64,000 nucleotides of DNA, taken from positions 10,664-74,663 of the forward strand of contig JAQIDC010000036.1 of NCBI GenBank assembly GCA_027858235.1, given 5' to 3'. Below are positions 16,383 to 25,875 of this stretch, piece by piece. The notes under the pieces are model-generated. The model did no database searches and had not been told where the DNA came from. It saw only the letters and a program-made list of their open reading frames with translations. The stretch comes from Patescibacteria group bacterium (GTDB lineage Bacteria > Patescibacteriota > Patescibacteriia > Patescibacteriales > BM507). The position numbers were made by a program, and so were the translations under genes. Position 1 is the first letter of the stretch. Each line of letters begins with the position of its first letter.

Positions 16383-18416
16383 CTATTCCTCAATCGGTTT
16401 ATACTCCTTATAATACCACTCCAAAAATTCTCGCATTATTGGAACAGACACAGCACTTCCTTCTACTCCCTCCTCCACTAAAACCACAAAAGCCAGCTCT
16501 GGATTTTCATATGGAGCAAAGCCTGTATACCAAGCATGATTATCTTTGACCGAAGACCACTGAGCTGTTCCTGTTTTTCCGGCTGATGTAACTGGAAGAT
16601 TACTTAAGCTTCTAGCTGAGCCTTCTGTTACTGTTTCTCTCATTCCTTGTCTGACTACTTGAACATTATAATTATCAATGAATCCATCTCGAACAGCCTC
16701 TCCTTTCACATCAGCTAGAATAACATCGTCTCCGTCTAATATTTGTTTTATTAAATGAGGTCTATACATGGTCCCCCCATTCGCAAAAAATGAAATAAAG
16801 TTTACTACTTGCAAGGGGGTAACAAGCAAATCACCCTGCCCAATAGATAGATGATAAGTATCCCCAATATACCAAGGTTCCTCTTTAACTTCTTCTTTCC
16901 ATTCCCTGGTAGGCAAAAATCCATCAGCCTCCCCAGCTAAATCAATCCCAGTTTGCGCTCCCAGTCCAAATTTTTCTTCATACTCTATAATTCTTTCAAG
17001 CCCTAGACCTTGGAAATTATTATTATCTCCTCCGCCAATATAGTAGAAGAAAGTATTAACTGACTGAGATATGGCCTTGCGAACATCTGTGATGCCATGT
17101 CCACCAGCACGCCAATCAGGAAAATACCACTGACCAATACTAACACCTCCCGTGCTCAGAAAACTGGTCTTCTCTGTTATAACCCCTTCCTGCAAAGCGG
17201 CAGCTGCCATGACTGGTTTAATAGTTGAACCTGAAGGAAATTCGCCACTAACCGCTCTATTGAACAATGGATTGTCGGGATGCTCCAAAAGAGATGAATA
17301 TTCTTCTTGTGTAATACCACGTGCAAAAGCATTGTTATTATATGAAGGATAACTTACCAAAGTTAGCACCTCACCATTATTTGGATTAAGAATTACAGCC
17401 GAAGCCTTCCCAAGACTTAGTTTTTCAAGATATGAAATAATAATTTCCTCCATCTTCTTTTGCATCACAATATCTAGAGACAAAACTAAATTATGTCCAT
17501 CTTCTGCTTCAGTTTTACTTATAATTTTTTTCTCATAACCCAAGGCATCGACTTCAATTTGTTTCTTACCATTTATTCCTTTTAGTTCATTCTCCCAAAA
17601 ATACTCAACACCCATTTTACCTATATAATCTATCGGACTATACTCATCGCTAGAACTGTCTAATTCTTCACGGCTTATTATCCCTGTATACCCCAAGATG
17701 TGAGAGAGAGTCATGCTGTAAAGATTGTATTCTCTCTTGATTTTATTGGAAACAACAACCCCTGGCATCCTATCTGCTTCCAAATATAGTTTAATTGCTT
17801 TCTCATAATCAATTCCATCCGCAACAAAAAGGGGTCGATATGATTCAAACGATCCTATTGTTACGGAAGAATAGATATTCTCCAATTCTTCCAAAGAAAT
17901 TTTATCTGTTATTTCAGAAATTCGTTTAAAAATTTCCATTCGTTCTGAGCTAACAACTTTTATTTTAATATCATCTTGTATTTTAATGTCATCCCGAGGT
18001 AAATCGATTGGTATAAAATACAAAACAAAATTGGCCTTGTTTCTAACCAAAGTGTTTCCATTCCTGTCATAAATTATTCCTCTTTTTGGTTCAATTCTCT
18101 CTTCTCTTATTCTATTACCTTCAGCCATCATATAATAATAATCACCCTTTACGACTTGTAGCCAAGCCGTTCTCCCAAAAAGGATTGAAATAAAAAATAT
18201 TAAAATTACTGCCAACAAATAAATTTTATTAAAATTAAAATTTCTTCCAATGGTGTCTTTTTTCCCAACACTTGGATCGAAAGAATTTTCAGTCCACTGT
18301 CTTCTAAGAGAAGAATTTTTTAAAACGCCATCATGAAAAGAACCCTCTTTTATAGAAAATGGGTCACTGCCTATATTATTATTATTTTTATTGTAAAAAC
18401 TACTTAATATTTTCAT
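16383..18416 (-). CDS. mrdA: Penicillin-binding protein 2 (elongasome transpeptidase)
   Basis: 677 aa with an N-terminal TM, the SxxK motif (GSTIKP), SxN (SQSVN) and KTGTA. It follows mreBCD. Confidence 0.9.
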   Translation of the reverse strand: MKILSSFYNKNNNNIGSDPFSIKEGSFHDGVLKNSSLRRQWTENSFDPSVGKKDTIGRNFNFNKIYLLAVILIFFISILFGRTAWLQVVKGDYYYMMAEGNRIREERIEPKRGIIYDRNGNTLVRNKANFVLYFIPIDLPRDDIKIQDDIKIKVVSSERMEIFKRISEITDKISLEELENIYSSVTIGSFESYRPLFVADGIDYEKAIKLYLEADRMPGVVVSNKIKREYNLYSMTLSHILGYTGIISREELDSSSDEYSPIDYIGKMGVEYFWENELKGINGKKQIEVDALGYEKKIISKTEAEDGHNLVLSLDIVMQKKMEEIIISYLEKLSLGKASAVILNPNNGEVLTLVSYPSYNNNAFARGITQEEYSSLLEHPDNPLFNRAVSGEFPSGSTIKPVMAAAALQEGVITEKTSFLSTGGVSIGQWYFPDWRAGGHGITDVRKAISQSVNTFFYYIGGGDNNNFQGLGLERIIEYEEKFGLGAQTGIDLAGEADGFLPTREWKEEVKEEPWYIGDTYHLSIGQGDLLVTPLQVVNFISFFANGGTMYRPHLIKQILDGDDVILADVKGEAVRDGFIDNYNVQVVRQGMRETVTEGSARSLSNLPVTSAGKTGTAQWSSVKDNHAWYTGFAPYENPELAFVVLVEEGVEGSAVSVPIMREFLEWYYKEYKPIEE

Positions 18417-18417
18417 C

Positions 18418-18951
18418 TTAATATTTTTTGTTCACTAAAAATACTGGTCTAAAACTATTATTAAAAAGATTGGTCAAATAAAATACGATAACCATAATAA
18501 TTGAGTTTAGAAACAACTGTTTTACTGCTGACAAGAAAAAGCCTTGATTGAACAAGATAGAAGGGACTCCAAGGAAAATAGAAATGACGTTACTCACAAA
18601 AGTCACGAAGAAAAAATTCAAAATAGTGGCTGAAATGATTAAAGCCAAAAAAGCATACAGAGACCTATTGGTAAAAAAATTAATAAGTAAAAAATTTACA
18701 ATTAGAATTGAAAAAACAAACCCCCCTAAGTAAATTCCAAAATAATAAAAAGAAAAAATATCCATCAAGAAACCTATAGTAATCCCGTAAATTAAAGTAG
18801 TGCTCAAACTACTAATCATTAAAACATAAACCAAGAATATTAATAATATATTTGTATTAGAAAAAGAACCAGGCAGAGAAGAAATAAAAGATATCTGGAA
18901 AATAACTAGGAACAAAATTAAAAGTAAATTTAGAAATATTTTAAAATACAT
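18418..18951 (-). CDS. mreD: Rod shape-determining protein MreD
   Basis: 177 aa polytopic membrane protein in the mreC-mrdA slot. Confidence 0.7.
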   Translation of the reverse strand: MYFKIFLNLLLILFLVIFQISFISSLPGSFSNTNILLIFLVYVLMISSLSTTLIYGITIGFLMDIFSFYYFGIYLGGFVFSILIVNFLLINFFTNRSLYAFLALIISATILNFFFVTFVSNVISIFLGVPSILFNQGFFLSAVKQLFLNSIIMVIVFYLTNLFNNSFRPVFLVNKKY

Positions 18952-18952
18952 A

Positions 18953-19771
18953 TTATTCTGATATTACTATACTAACTATCACGAGATCATCAAAATTAAC
19001 CAAAGGTTCAATCACTGCACTCTGCCAAAGATTATTATTTTCTTTTATAACCTCGGAAACTCTTCCTATCACAAGTCCTCTGGGGATATTGTTTTCGAGG
19101 CCGGAACTAACAATGATATTTCCTTTTTCTAGAACCTCTGTCTGAGGAATCAAGTCCATTTTCATTGTTAAGCCAAGCTCTCCCTCAACAACACCAGATG
19201 TTCTATCTTCATTCTGAACAGCAGCGGCAAATTTACATTTTTTATCTACGACTAGACAGGCCCTTGAGATACTATCTCTGGCTTCAATAATTTTTCCTAT
19301 TACGACCCCTTCTCCATCAAGAAGAACAAAACCTTCGCGAAGTCCGTCCCTAGCCCCCTTGTCAATAATAATTGATTTTTCTTCAGAAGAATTGTTCATC
19401 AAGTCGTTCCTGGAAACAATCTCAGCAAGTAGATACTTATAATCATTCTCCTTTCTAAAGTCAATCTGATTTTTCAAATATTCATTTTCCTCTTCAATTG
19501 TTTTTAATTTAGCATTCTCTGCTAGCAATTTTCTATTGTCTTGCTGTAATTCGGTAATAACAAAATTTTGGTCTCTTTTGTCAACCTGATCACCGTAGGC
19601 ATTCCTAATTTTTGATCCACCAGAATAAAAAACCTTAGAAACGGGGTTCATAACTCTAGCAAAAAGCCCCTCTATTGGTTTAGATATACCAGTAAAATGC
19701 AAAAAAATAAGCAGTCCAATAACTGCCAGATATATAAAAGTTTTTTTTGAATTTATTGCAGACTTAGGCAT
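18953..19771 (-). CDS. mreC: Rod shape-determining protein MreC
   Basis: 272 aa with an N-terminal TM, a coiled coil (LLAENAKLKTIEEENEYLKNQ) and C-terminal beta domains. It follows mreB. Confidence 0.85.
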   Translation of the reverse strand: MPKSAINSKKTFIYLAVIGLLIFLHFTGISKPIEGLFARVMNPVSKVFYSGGSKIRNAYGDQVDKRDQNFVITELQQDNRKLLAENAKLKTIEEENEYLKNQIDFRKENDYKYLLAEIVSRNDLMNNSSEEKSIIIDKGARDGLREGFVLLDGEGVVIGKIIEARDSISRACLVVDKKCKFAAAVQNEDRTSGVVEGELGLTMKMDLIPQTEVLEKGNIIVSSGLENNIPRGLVIGRVSEVIKENNNLWQSAVIEPLVNFDDLVIVSIVISE

Positions 19772-19788
19772 ATTTAGTTACATAAAAA

Positions 19789-20832
19789 TTATAATTCATC
19801 AGAACTGGGTGTTAATACTTTTTCCAATAACTCAGGGTCACTCAAAAGAATTCCTGTTCCTCGAACAACGCAGGTTAAAGGGTCTTCGGCTACTCTAACA
19901 GGTATTTTTGTTGCCTGGGCTATTTCTTTGTCTATCCCTCGCAAAATAGCACCTCCCCCGGTTAAAACTATTCCCTTTTCATAGATATCGGAAACTAACT
20001 CTGGTGGAGTTTTTTCTAAAGTTATTTTTATGTTTTCTATTATTATATTGATTGTTTTTGAAAGTGCTTCCCTAATCTGAGTATCTGTAACAGTCACTGC
20101 TCGGGGCAAACCATTTATAAGATCACGACCACGCACCTCCATCTCAACTGCTTCCTTTAAGCCTGTGGCTGAACCTATCCTTACTTTTATATTTTCAGCC
20201 ACCTGTTCACCAATTAATATATTGAATTCTTCACGAATAAACTGAATAATATTATTATCAAGCTCATTTCCGGCTAGGCGAAGTGTTTTGTAGGTAACTA
20301 CACCACCAAGCGATATAACAGATATTTCGGTTGTTCCTCCACCAATATCCACTATCATTGTTGCTGTAGCATCAGCCACAGGAAGTCTTGTCCCAATGGC
20401 TGCGGCCATGGACTCTTCGATTAAATAGACCTGTCTGGCACCAGCAGATTTTGCAGCATCCTCAACTGCCTTTTTTTCTACTTCAGTAATATCAAGAGGA
20501 ATGCCTATAATTACTCTTGGTCTAGGAATCAGAGTAAAACTTTCACTATGAACTTTATTAATGAAATATTTAAGCATTTTTTCTGTTACTTCAAAATCAG
20601 AAATTACTCCATCCACCAATGGTCTTATGGCCTGTATGTGTGATGGTGTTTTACCAACCATGATTCGAGCTTCTTCTCCAACTGCCAATATTTCATCAGT
20701 CCTTTTATTAACAGCCACAACTGATGGTTCGTTAATAATAATACCCTTGTCCTGAGTATAAACCAAGGTATTCTTCGTACCCAAATCAATACCTACATCT
20801 TTACTAAATTTTCCTAATAATTTATTGAACAT
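19789..20832 (-). CDS. mreB: Rod shape-determining protein MreB
   Basis: 347 aa, actin fold (GIDLGTKNTLVY, VDIGGGTTEISV, VLTGGGAILRGID). Confidence 0.95.
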   Translation of the reverse strand: MFNKLLGKFSKDVGIDLGTKNTLVYTQDKGIIINEPSVVAVNKRTDEILAVGEEARIMVGKTPSHIQAIRPLVDGVISDFEVTEKMLKYFINKVHSESFTLIPRPRVIIGIPLDITEVEKKAVEDAAKSAGARQVYLIEESMAAAIGTRLPVADATATMIVDIGGGTTEISVISLGGVVTYKTLRLAGNELDNNIIQFIREEFNILIGEQVAENIKVRIGSATGLKEAVEMEVRGRDLINGLPRAVTVTDTQIREALSKTINIIIENIKITLEKTPPELVSDIYEKGIVLTGGGAILRGIDKEIAQATKIPVRVAEDPLTCVVRGTGILLSDPELLEKVLTPSSDEL

Positions 20833-20834
20833 AA

Positions 20835-22085
20835 TTATGAAATAAGCAATTTGTCTATTAATTCTTCTTTTTCTAACATCTCTGCTTTTTCCTCATCTCT
20901 TTTTTTGAATTCAAAAACATTTTTCTTTAAGTTTTTTTCACTAATTACAACTCTATAAGTGCATCCGATTAAATCAGCTTCAGCAAATTTTGCGCCAGCA
21001 CTAAAATCCCTGTCGTCATATAATACTTCAATGTCTTTGTTCATTAATTCTTCATACAATCCCTCAGCAAGTTTTTTAACATCTTTGTTGTCACTTTTCA
21101 GTTCAATTAAATGCACTCTATAGGGGCTAAGCTCGTCTGGCCAAACAATTCCTTTCTCGTCATGATGAACTTCAACCACAGTCCCCATAATTCTACTAGG
21201 ACCTATGCCGTAGCAACCCATAATAACAGGTTTTTTATTTCCCTCTTCGTCCACATATTGGAAACCAAAAGGCTCAGAAAACTTCGTAGCAAGTTTAAAA
21301 ATATTACCAACTTCCACTGCCTTCTCTTCTTCTAATTTTTCATTTCCACAATTGGGACAAGCATTTTGTTCTTCAATAATTTCACTATTTATTGCAACAC
21401 TACAATCTTGGCAAATATAGATAGTGTCTTCCCCTGCCTCAGTTACCGTTTGGAATTCATGAGAATATTTTGAAAAAGAACCACCAGAAGCATAGGTTAA
21501 ATATGTATTCTCCAACAAACCACATCTTTCAAAAATTTTAAAATATGCTTTCTGAGCATTCAAATAAAAATTATTTAAATCATCATTATCAACATGAAAA
21601 GAATAAAGATCCTTCATTAGAAATTCTCGACCTCTAATAAGACCAGCCTTCGCTCTTTTTTCATTTCTAAATTTTGTTTGAATATGATAAGGATAAACAG
21701 GTAAGTCTTTGTACGAAAAAACGTGTTTTTGAACCAATGGGGTAACTATTTCTTCATGTGTTGGAGCTAGGGCATATTCCTTTGAATCTGATGAATTTCC
21801 CAATTTAAACAACGCATCAAAACCTTCCCAACGATTTGTTTGTACCCAATTTTCTTTTGGATTTAGCGCTGGCATCAAGAGTTCTTGTCCACCAATCTTG
21901 TCCATCTCTTCTCTGACTATTTGAGATATTTTTTTTAAAACTCTAAGGCCATAAGGCAAATAAGTATAAATACCTGCTCCGAGCTTATCAATAAAACCAG
22001 CCCTAATTAGGGCCTGAGCATTAAAGCTTGTTTCATCTTTTGGTAAGTCTTTTGTTGCTTTAATAAAATTCTTCGATTGTCTCAT
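20835..22085 (-). CDS. proS: Proline--tRNA ligase, INS-less bacterial type with a Zn-ribbon insert
   Basis: 416 aa. The N-terminus aligns by eye to E. coli ProRS (LIRAGFIDKLGAGIYTYLPYGLRVLKKISQIVREEM). Motif 2 is RGREFLMKDLYSFH. CQDC-x17-CPNC sits where the INS editing domain normally lies. Confidence 0.85.
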   Translation of the reverse strand: MRQSKNFIKATKDLPKDETSFNAQALIRAGFIDKLGAGIYTYLPYGLRVLKKISQIVREEMDKIGGQELLMPALNPKENWVQTNRWEGFDALFKLGNSSDSKEYALAPTHEEIVTPLVQKHVFSYKDLPVYPYHIQTKFRNEKRAKAGLIRGREFLMKDLYSFHVDNDDLNNFYLNAQKAYFKIFERCGLLENTYLTYASGGSFSKYSHEFQTVTEAGEDTIYICQDCSVAINSEIIEEQNACPNCGNEKLEEEKAVEVGNIFKLATKFSEPFGFQYVDEEGNKKPVIMGCYGIGPSRIMGTVVEVHHDEKGIVWPDELSPYRVHLIELKSDNKDVKKLAEGLYEELMNKDIEVLYDDRDFSAGAKFAEADLIGCTYRVVISEKNLKKNVFEFKKRDEEKAEMLEKEELIDKLLIS

Positions 22086-22234
22086 ATGTTTATTTCAAAA
22101 ATAAAAGCTCATTAATCAAGCTTTTTATATTACCTATATTACCCCAAAATGGGCTCAGTTGTCAAAGTGTTGACAAAAATGTACAATAATACTGTTGTAC
22201 ATTTTGTTAACATTTCAACAGCCAGGAGGGTTCA

Positions 22235-22471
22235 ATGAAATTTTTTTTAGTTGCTCATTTCTCAATATTTATTATATTTTATTTCTACATTTTCTTTGCT
22301 ATAAAAATAGATAGACGAAGGAAAGATCTAAAAAATAAAAAAATTAACAAGCTTATTTTATTGTTAATTACATTTTTCTGGGAAATTATTGTTTTAATTG
22401 CTATAATATTTTACCCCCTAAAGACTGTCATTAAAATAAGGTTATATTTTAAAAACAAAGCGGCTAACTAG
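22235..22471 (+). CDS. Hypothetical small membrane protein
   Basis: 78 aa with 2 TM, SD AGGAGGG 5 nt before the ATG, and a terminator overlapping the stop. Confidence 0.55.
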   Translation: MKFFLVAHFSIFIIFYFYIFFAIKIDRRRKDLKNKKINKLILLLITFFWEIIVLIAIIFYPLKTVIKIRLYFKNKAAN

Positions 22472-22483
22472 GCCGCTTTTTTA
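22458..22483 (+). terminator. Rho-independent terminator
   Basis: Stem AAGCGGC/GCCGCTT with a 7-nt loop, followed by T6. Confidence 0.7.
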
Positions 22484-22513
22484 TAAAAAAAAGACAAGCT
22501 CAGAACTTGTCTT
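22483..22513 (-). terminator. Rho-independent terminator (minus strand)
   Basis: Stem AAGACAAG/CTTGTCTT with a 7-nt loop and T6 on the minus strand, directly after the 22513 stop. Confidence 0.7.
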
Positions 22514-22710
22514 TAATGCATGTTATATACAATAACAATTAGACCCATCATAAACAATAAAATAGCTCTTTTTGCTTTTATTTTATCTATCTCGTAAATG
22601 ACATCAAAAAAATTTCTACTAAAGAATTTTCTAGAGCCTACCATTAGCGCGGACATGATTATCATAACTATACCAATAATAATTCCTACACCGGACCAGG
22701 GACTAATCAT
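22513..22710 (-). CDS. Hypothetical small membrane protein downstream of secF
   Basis: 65 aa with 2 TM. An AAGGAG SD precedes the ATG. Confidence 0.55.
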   Translation of the reverse strand: MISPWSGVGIIIGIVMIIMSALMVGSRKFFSRNFFDVIYEIDKIKAKRAILLFMMGLIVIVYNMH

Positions 22711-22740
22711 TGTTTTCTCCTTTACTAAAGAGCTGTTATA

Positions 22741-23631
22741 TTATTTTCTAAACCTCTCCCAAACAACAAGTAAGGGACTAGCTAGAAAAATTGAAGAATA
22801 AGTACCTATACCAATACCAATAGTTAGAGCCAAAACAAAAGATCTAATAGTCTCTCCTCCAAAAATCAAAACTGAAACCAAAACCAGGAGAGTTGTCATG
22901 GAAGTATTTATTGAACGAGTGACTGTTTGATTAACACTCTTATTTACTGTATCTTCAAAGTCCGCATCACTAATTGGCAAGTTCTCACGAATTCTATCAA
23001 AAACAACAATCGTATCATTCACACTATAACCAAGCACGGTCAAAATCGCGGCCACAAAAGGGGTGTTTATTTCTACCCCAAAATATTTTCCAAGGATTGC
23101 AAAAACACCTAATGTAATTATAACATCGTGAAACAGGGCGATATTTGCCACAATACCATATTTCCATGAAGCGATTGGCTTTGAAACACGTCTAAATACC
23201 CATGCAATATAGGCTACAATTGCCAAGAGAACTAGAAGAGTAGCATAAATTGATTTCTTTTTTAATTCTTGACCAATCGAAGGTCCAACTGCCTCAAAAC
23301 GCATTTCTTCAAAACTTATTTCACCTTCTATATTTTTCAGAGCTGAAATTACCTCTTGATGTTTTTCCTCACTAATTTCCTGAAACCTTAGAAGCATTCC
23401 ATCAGCGCCAACTGGTTGTATCACTAAACTACTTAATTCTACTGATGATAATCTATCTTGGACTTCTGCTACAGATGGTATTGACTCATCATATCTGATT
23501 TCAAGTATTGATCCTCCTGTAAAATCAATGCCTAACTTTAAACCAAAAGATAGCAAGAGAACTAAAGAGATTACTACAAACAAACTTGAAATACTTAACC
23601 AAATTTTTCTATTTTGAATTATTTTATACAT
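22741..23631 (-). CDS. secF: Protein translocase subunit SecF
   Basis: 296 aa with GIDFTGGS and the 6-TM SecD/F core. Confidence 0.9.
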   Translation of the reverse strand: MYKIIQNRKIWLSISSLFVVISLVLLLSFGLKLGIDFTGGSILEIRYDESIPSVAEVQDRLSSVELSSLVIQPVGADGMLLRFQEISEEKHQEVISALKNIEGEISFEEMRFEAVGPSIGQELKKKSIYATLLVLLAIVAYIAWVFRRVSKPIASWKYGIVANIALFHDVIITLGVFAILGKYFGVEINTPFVAAILTVLGYSVNDTIVVFDRIRENLPISDADFEDTVNKSVNQTVTRSINTSMTTLLVLVSVLIFGGETIRSFVLALTIGIGIGTYSSIFLASPLLVVWERFRK

Positions 23632-23635
23632 ATTT

Positions 23636-25714
23636 TTATTTCTTATTTGTTAATTGTCTTCCTCCAAATAGCCAAGGTCTCTTTCCAAAGAATTCTGTAT
23701 CAAGTATTTTTGAAAAATTCTTAGTAACAACTACGGCTGTTAACATTGACATTGTTACACCAAGACCAAGTGTTATCGCAAATCCTTTTACAACACTGGT
23801 TGAGAATTGAATCAAAATAAAACAGGTAATCAATGTTGAAACATTACCATCACGGATTGATGGCCAAGCTTTTTTGAAAGCCTCATCAAGTGCTAGGTTA
23901 TATGGGTTTCCTCTCCTTAGCTCTTCTTTCAGTCTTTCAAATATCAAGACATTAGCATCAACCGCCATTCCGATAGACAATATAAATCCAGCCATTCCAG
24001 AAAGTGTTAAGGTGACTGGCCAAAGTTTGAATATTGCAAGTACCAATATACCATAAATAGTTAGGGAAAAAACAGCCAAAACACCAGATAGTCTATAATA
24101 GAGTATCATAAATATAGCCACCAAAATAAGTCCCGCCAATCCAGCCTTTAGACTTTCCATTAGAGAAATCTTACCGAGGCTTGGCCCAACTGTTTGTTGG
24201 CTTATAAGCTCAATAGGCACAGGGAGAGCACCAGCGTTTAGTCTTTGCGCTAAAAGTTTAGCGTCAACTACATTGAAGCTTCCAGAAATTACAGCTCGAC
24301 CACTTGGAATTCTTTCATTAACCGTTGGAATACTTATTGGATAGGCATCAAGGAAAATAGCGACTGGCTTACCTATATTTCTCTCAGTAATATCAGCGAA
24401 TAAATCAGTACCCTCTGAATCAAACTCAAGGGAGACTTCAGGACTGTTATCACTTGGATTAAAACTTACTGTCGCTCTTTCAAGATTTTTCCCAGTTAAC
24501 TCAGTATTTCTCCATTCTGCTTGAGGCCCAATTATATCAAGCTCTGTTGTTTTATTTATTTTTACTACACTCACCTTATATTCAAAAGTAGTTCTTTCAT
24601 CTTCCTTGTAAATCAAATGGTAACCAAATTGTGTTTCAACCACGAAAGAAATAGTTCCAACTTCTTGAGGGAAAACAGTGTCCTCAAATGGAGTAACCAT
24701 CATCCCCTTTGAGAACCAGCCAAGCGTTCCTTCTCTGTCCGCCCCACCTGGCTCTGTTGTATATTCCTTAACTAATGAAACAAAATTTGAAGGAGTAGCT
24801 GTTTCTTTTATTTCTTTAATTTTTGTATAAGCCTCATCTTTCGATAGCCCGTCTTCACATCCAGCGACTTCATTGTGACAAAGTAGCAAATGAGACGCTT
24901 TCACTTCTTTTTCAACGTCGTTCTCGTCAAAAGGATTTGTTTTTTCTTTTTTGTCTTCTAATTTATAAATTTCGTAAGCAGAGGGAGCGTCTATTAATTC
25001 TTCGGTATAAGCACCCACTTCCAGGTTCTCAACCAGAGAGACTGTTCTTTGGTCATCTAGATTTGTTACATAATCTAGATTACCTCCAGCAATTTTTATA
25101 TTTTCGTCAGTAGAATATTCTTTTGATATTTCAATAAAATCTGAACCGTCTTTTATTTTTGATAATGCTTCTTCTGCTTTTTCTTTCGCTACAGCGTTCT
25201 CAGCCTCTATTTGAACCTTTTCTTCTTCTGTAAGTTCCCTTATTTCTGTTTCTTCCTCTTTGAACTCAAGCAATGGAGTCTCTCCAATTTGTTGGATTGC
25301 TTCGTTTACATCAGTTATTCCAGCTAACTCAACTATAATTCTATGTTCTCCACCAGAAATATTCGTTTGTACAACTGGTTCAGAAACTCCAAAAACATTT
25401 ACTCTTCGTTCAATAACATCACGAACTCCCTCAAGGGCAGCTCCAGCATCCCCGTCATCAATCAAGCTCATGTCAGCCTTATAAACCAAATGTGTTCCAC
25501 CTTGTAGGTCAAGACCCAACTTAAAGGGAATGGGTTCTACACGAGGTAAACTTATTCCAAATTTTCCTTCTAAATAATCTGCTGATTTATCATAATAACT
25601 GCTACCATCTATCATGGACAATCCAAAAGTGATAATAATAATAACAATAAAAGTTCTCCAAATTTTCCCACGAACACCTGGTTTTAAGATTCTCGATATA
25701 ATATTTTCTGACAT
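23636..25714 (-). CDS. secD: Protein translocase subunit SecD with inserted parvulin-type PPIase domain(s)
   Basis: 692 aa with LGLDLQGGTHLVY and a C-terminal 6-TM core. Residues ~155-375 carry a parvulin signature (KASHLLL...GTLGWFSKGMMVTPFEDTVF...FGYHLIYKE). Confidence 0.9.
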   Translation of the reverse strand: MSENIISRILKPGVRGKIWRTFIVIIIITFGLSMIDGSSYYDKSADYLEGKFGISLPRVEPIPFKLGLDLQGGTHLVYKADMSLIDDGDAGAALEGVRDVIERRVNVFGVSEPVVQTNISGGEHRIIVELAGITDVNEAIQQIGETPLLEFKEEETEIRELTEEEKVQIEAENAVAKEKAEEALSKIKDGSDFIEISKEYSTDENIKIAGGNLDYVTNLDDQRTVSLVENLEVGAYTEELIDAPSAYEIYKLEDKKEKTNPFDENDVEKEVKASHLLLCHNEVAGCEDGLSKDEAYTKIKEIKETATPSNFVSLVKEYTTEPGGADREGTLGWFSKGMMVTPFEDTVFPQEVGTISFVVETQFGYHLIYKEDERTTFEYKVSVVKINKTTELDIIGPQAEWRNTELTGKNLERATVSFNPSDNSPEVSLEFDSEGTDLFADITERNIGKPVAIFLDAYPISIPTVNERIPSGRAVISGSFNVVDAKLLAQRLNAGALPVPIELISQQTVGPSLGKISLMESLKAGLAGLILVAIFMILYYRLSGVLAVFSLTIYGILVLAIFKLWPVTLTLSGMAGFILSIGMAVDANVLIFERLKEELRRGNPYNLALDEAFKKAWPSIRDGNVSTLITCFILIQFSTSVVKGFAITLGLGVTMSMLTAVVVTKNFSKILDTEFFGKRPWLFGGRQLTNKK

Positions 25715-25793
25715 AAAACAAAATACCCAATGAAAGGTATTATTTAATTAACTTATTTAAATATAATAGGCTAAATTGCTAATATTTGCAATA

Positions 25794-25822
25794 TTGACAA
25801 ATGATAATTCTAGTGTTATAGT
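25794..25822 (+). promoter_or_regulatory. Putative sigma-70 promoter (extended -10)
   Basis: TTGACA-17 nt-TATAGT preceded by TGT. A GAGGAGG SD lies before ATG 25876. Confidence 0.5.
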
Positions 25823-25875
25823 TTTCGACTGACTATAGATAGAACCTTGAAAATCAATCATGTGAGGAGGAAAAA

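Noticed and set aside
16018-16549. ORFs 16018-16239 (-) and 16325-16549 (+) in or near the mrdA downstream gap.
   Set aside because: Neither has an SD, and both give low-complexity translations. The plus ORF is translated through the (TACG)n tract (YVRTYVRAYVR) and runs antisense into mrdA. The region is treated as non-coding.
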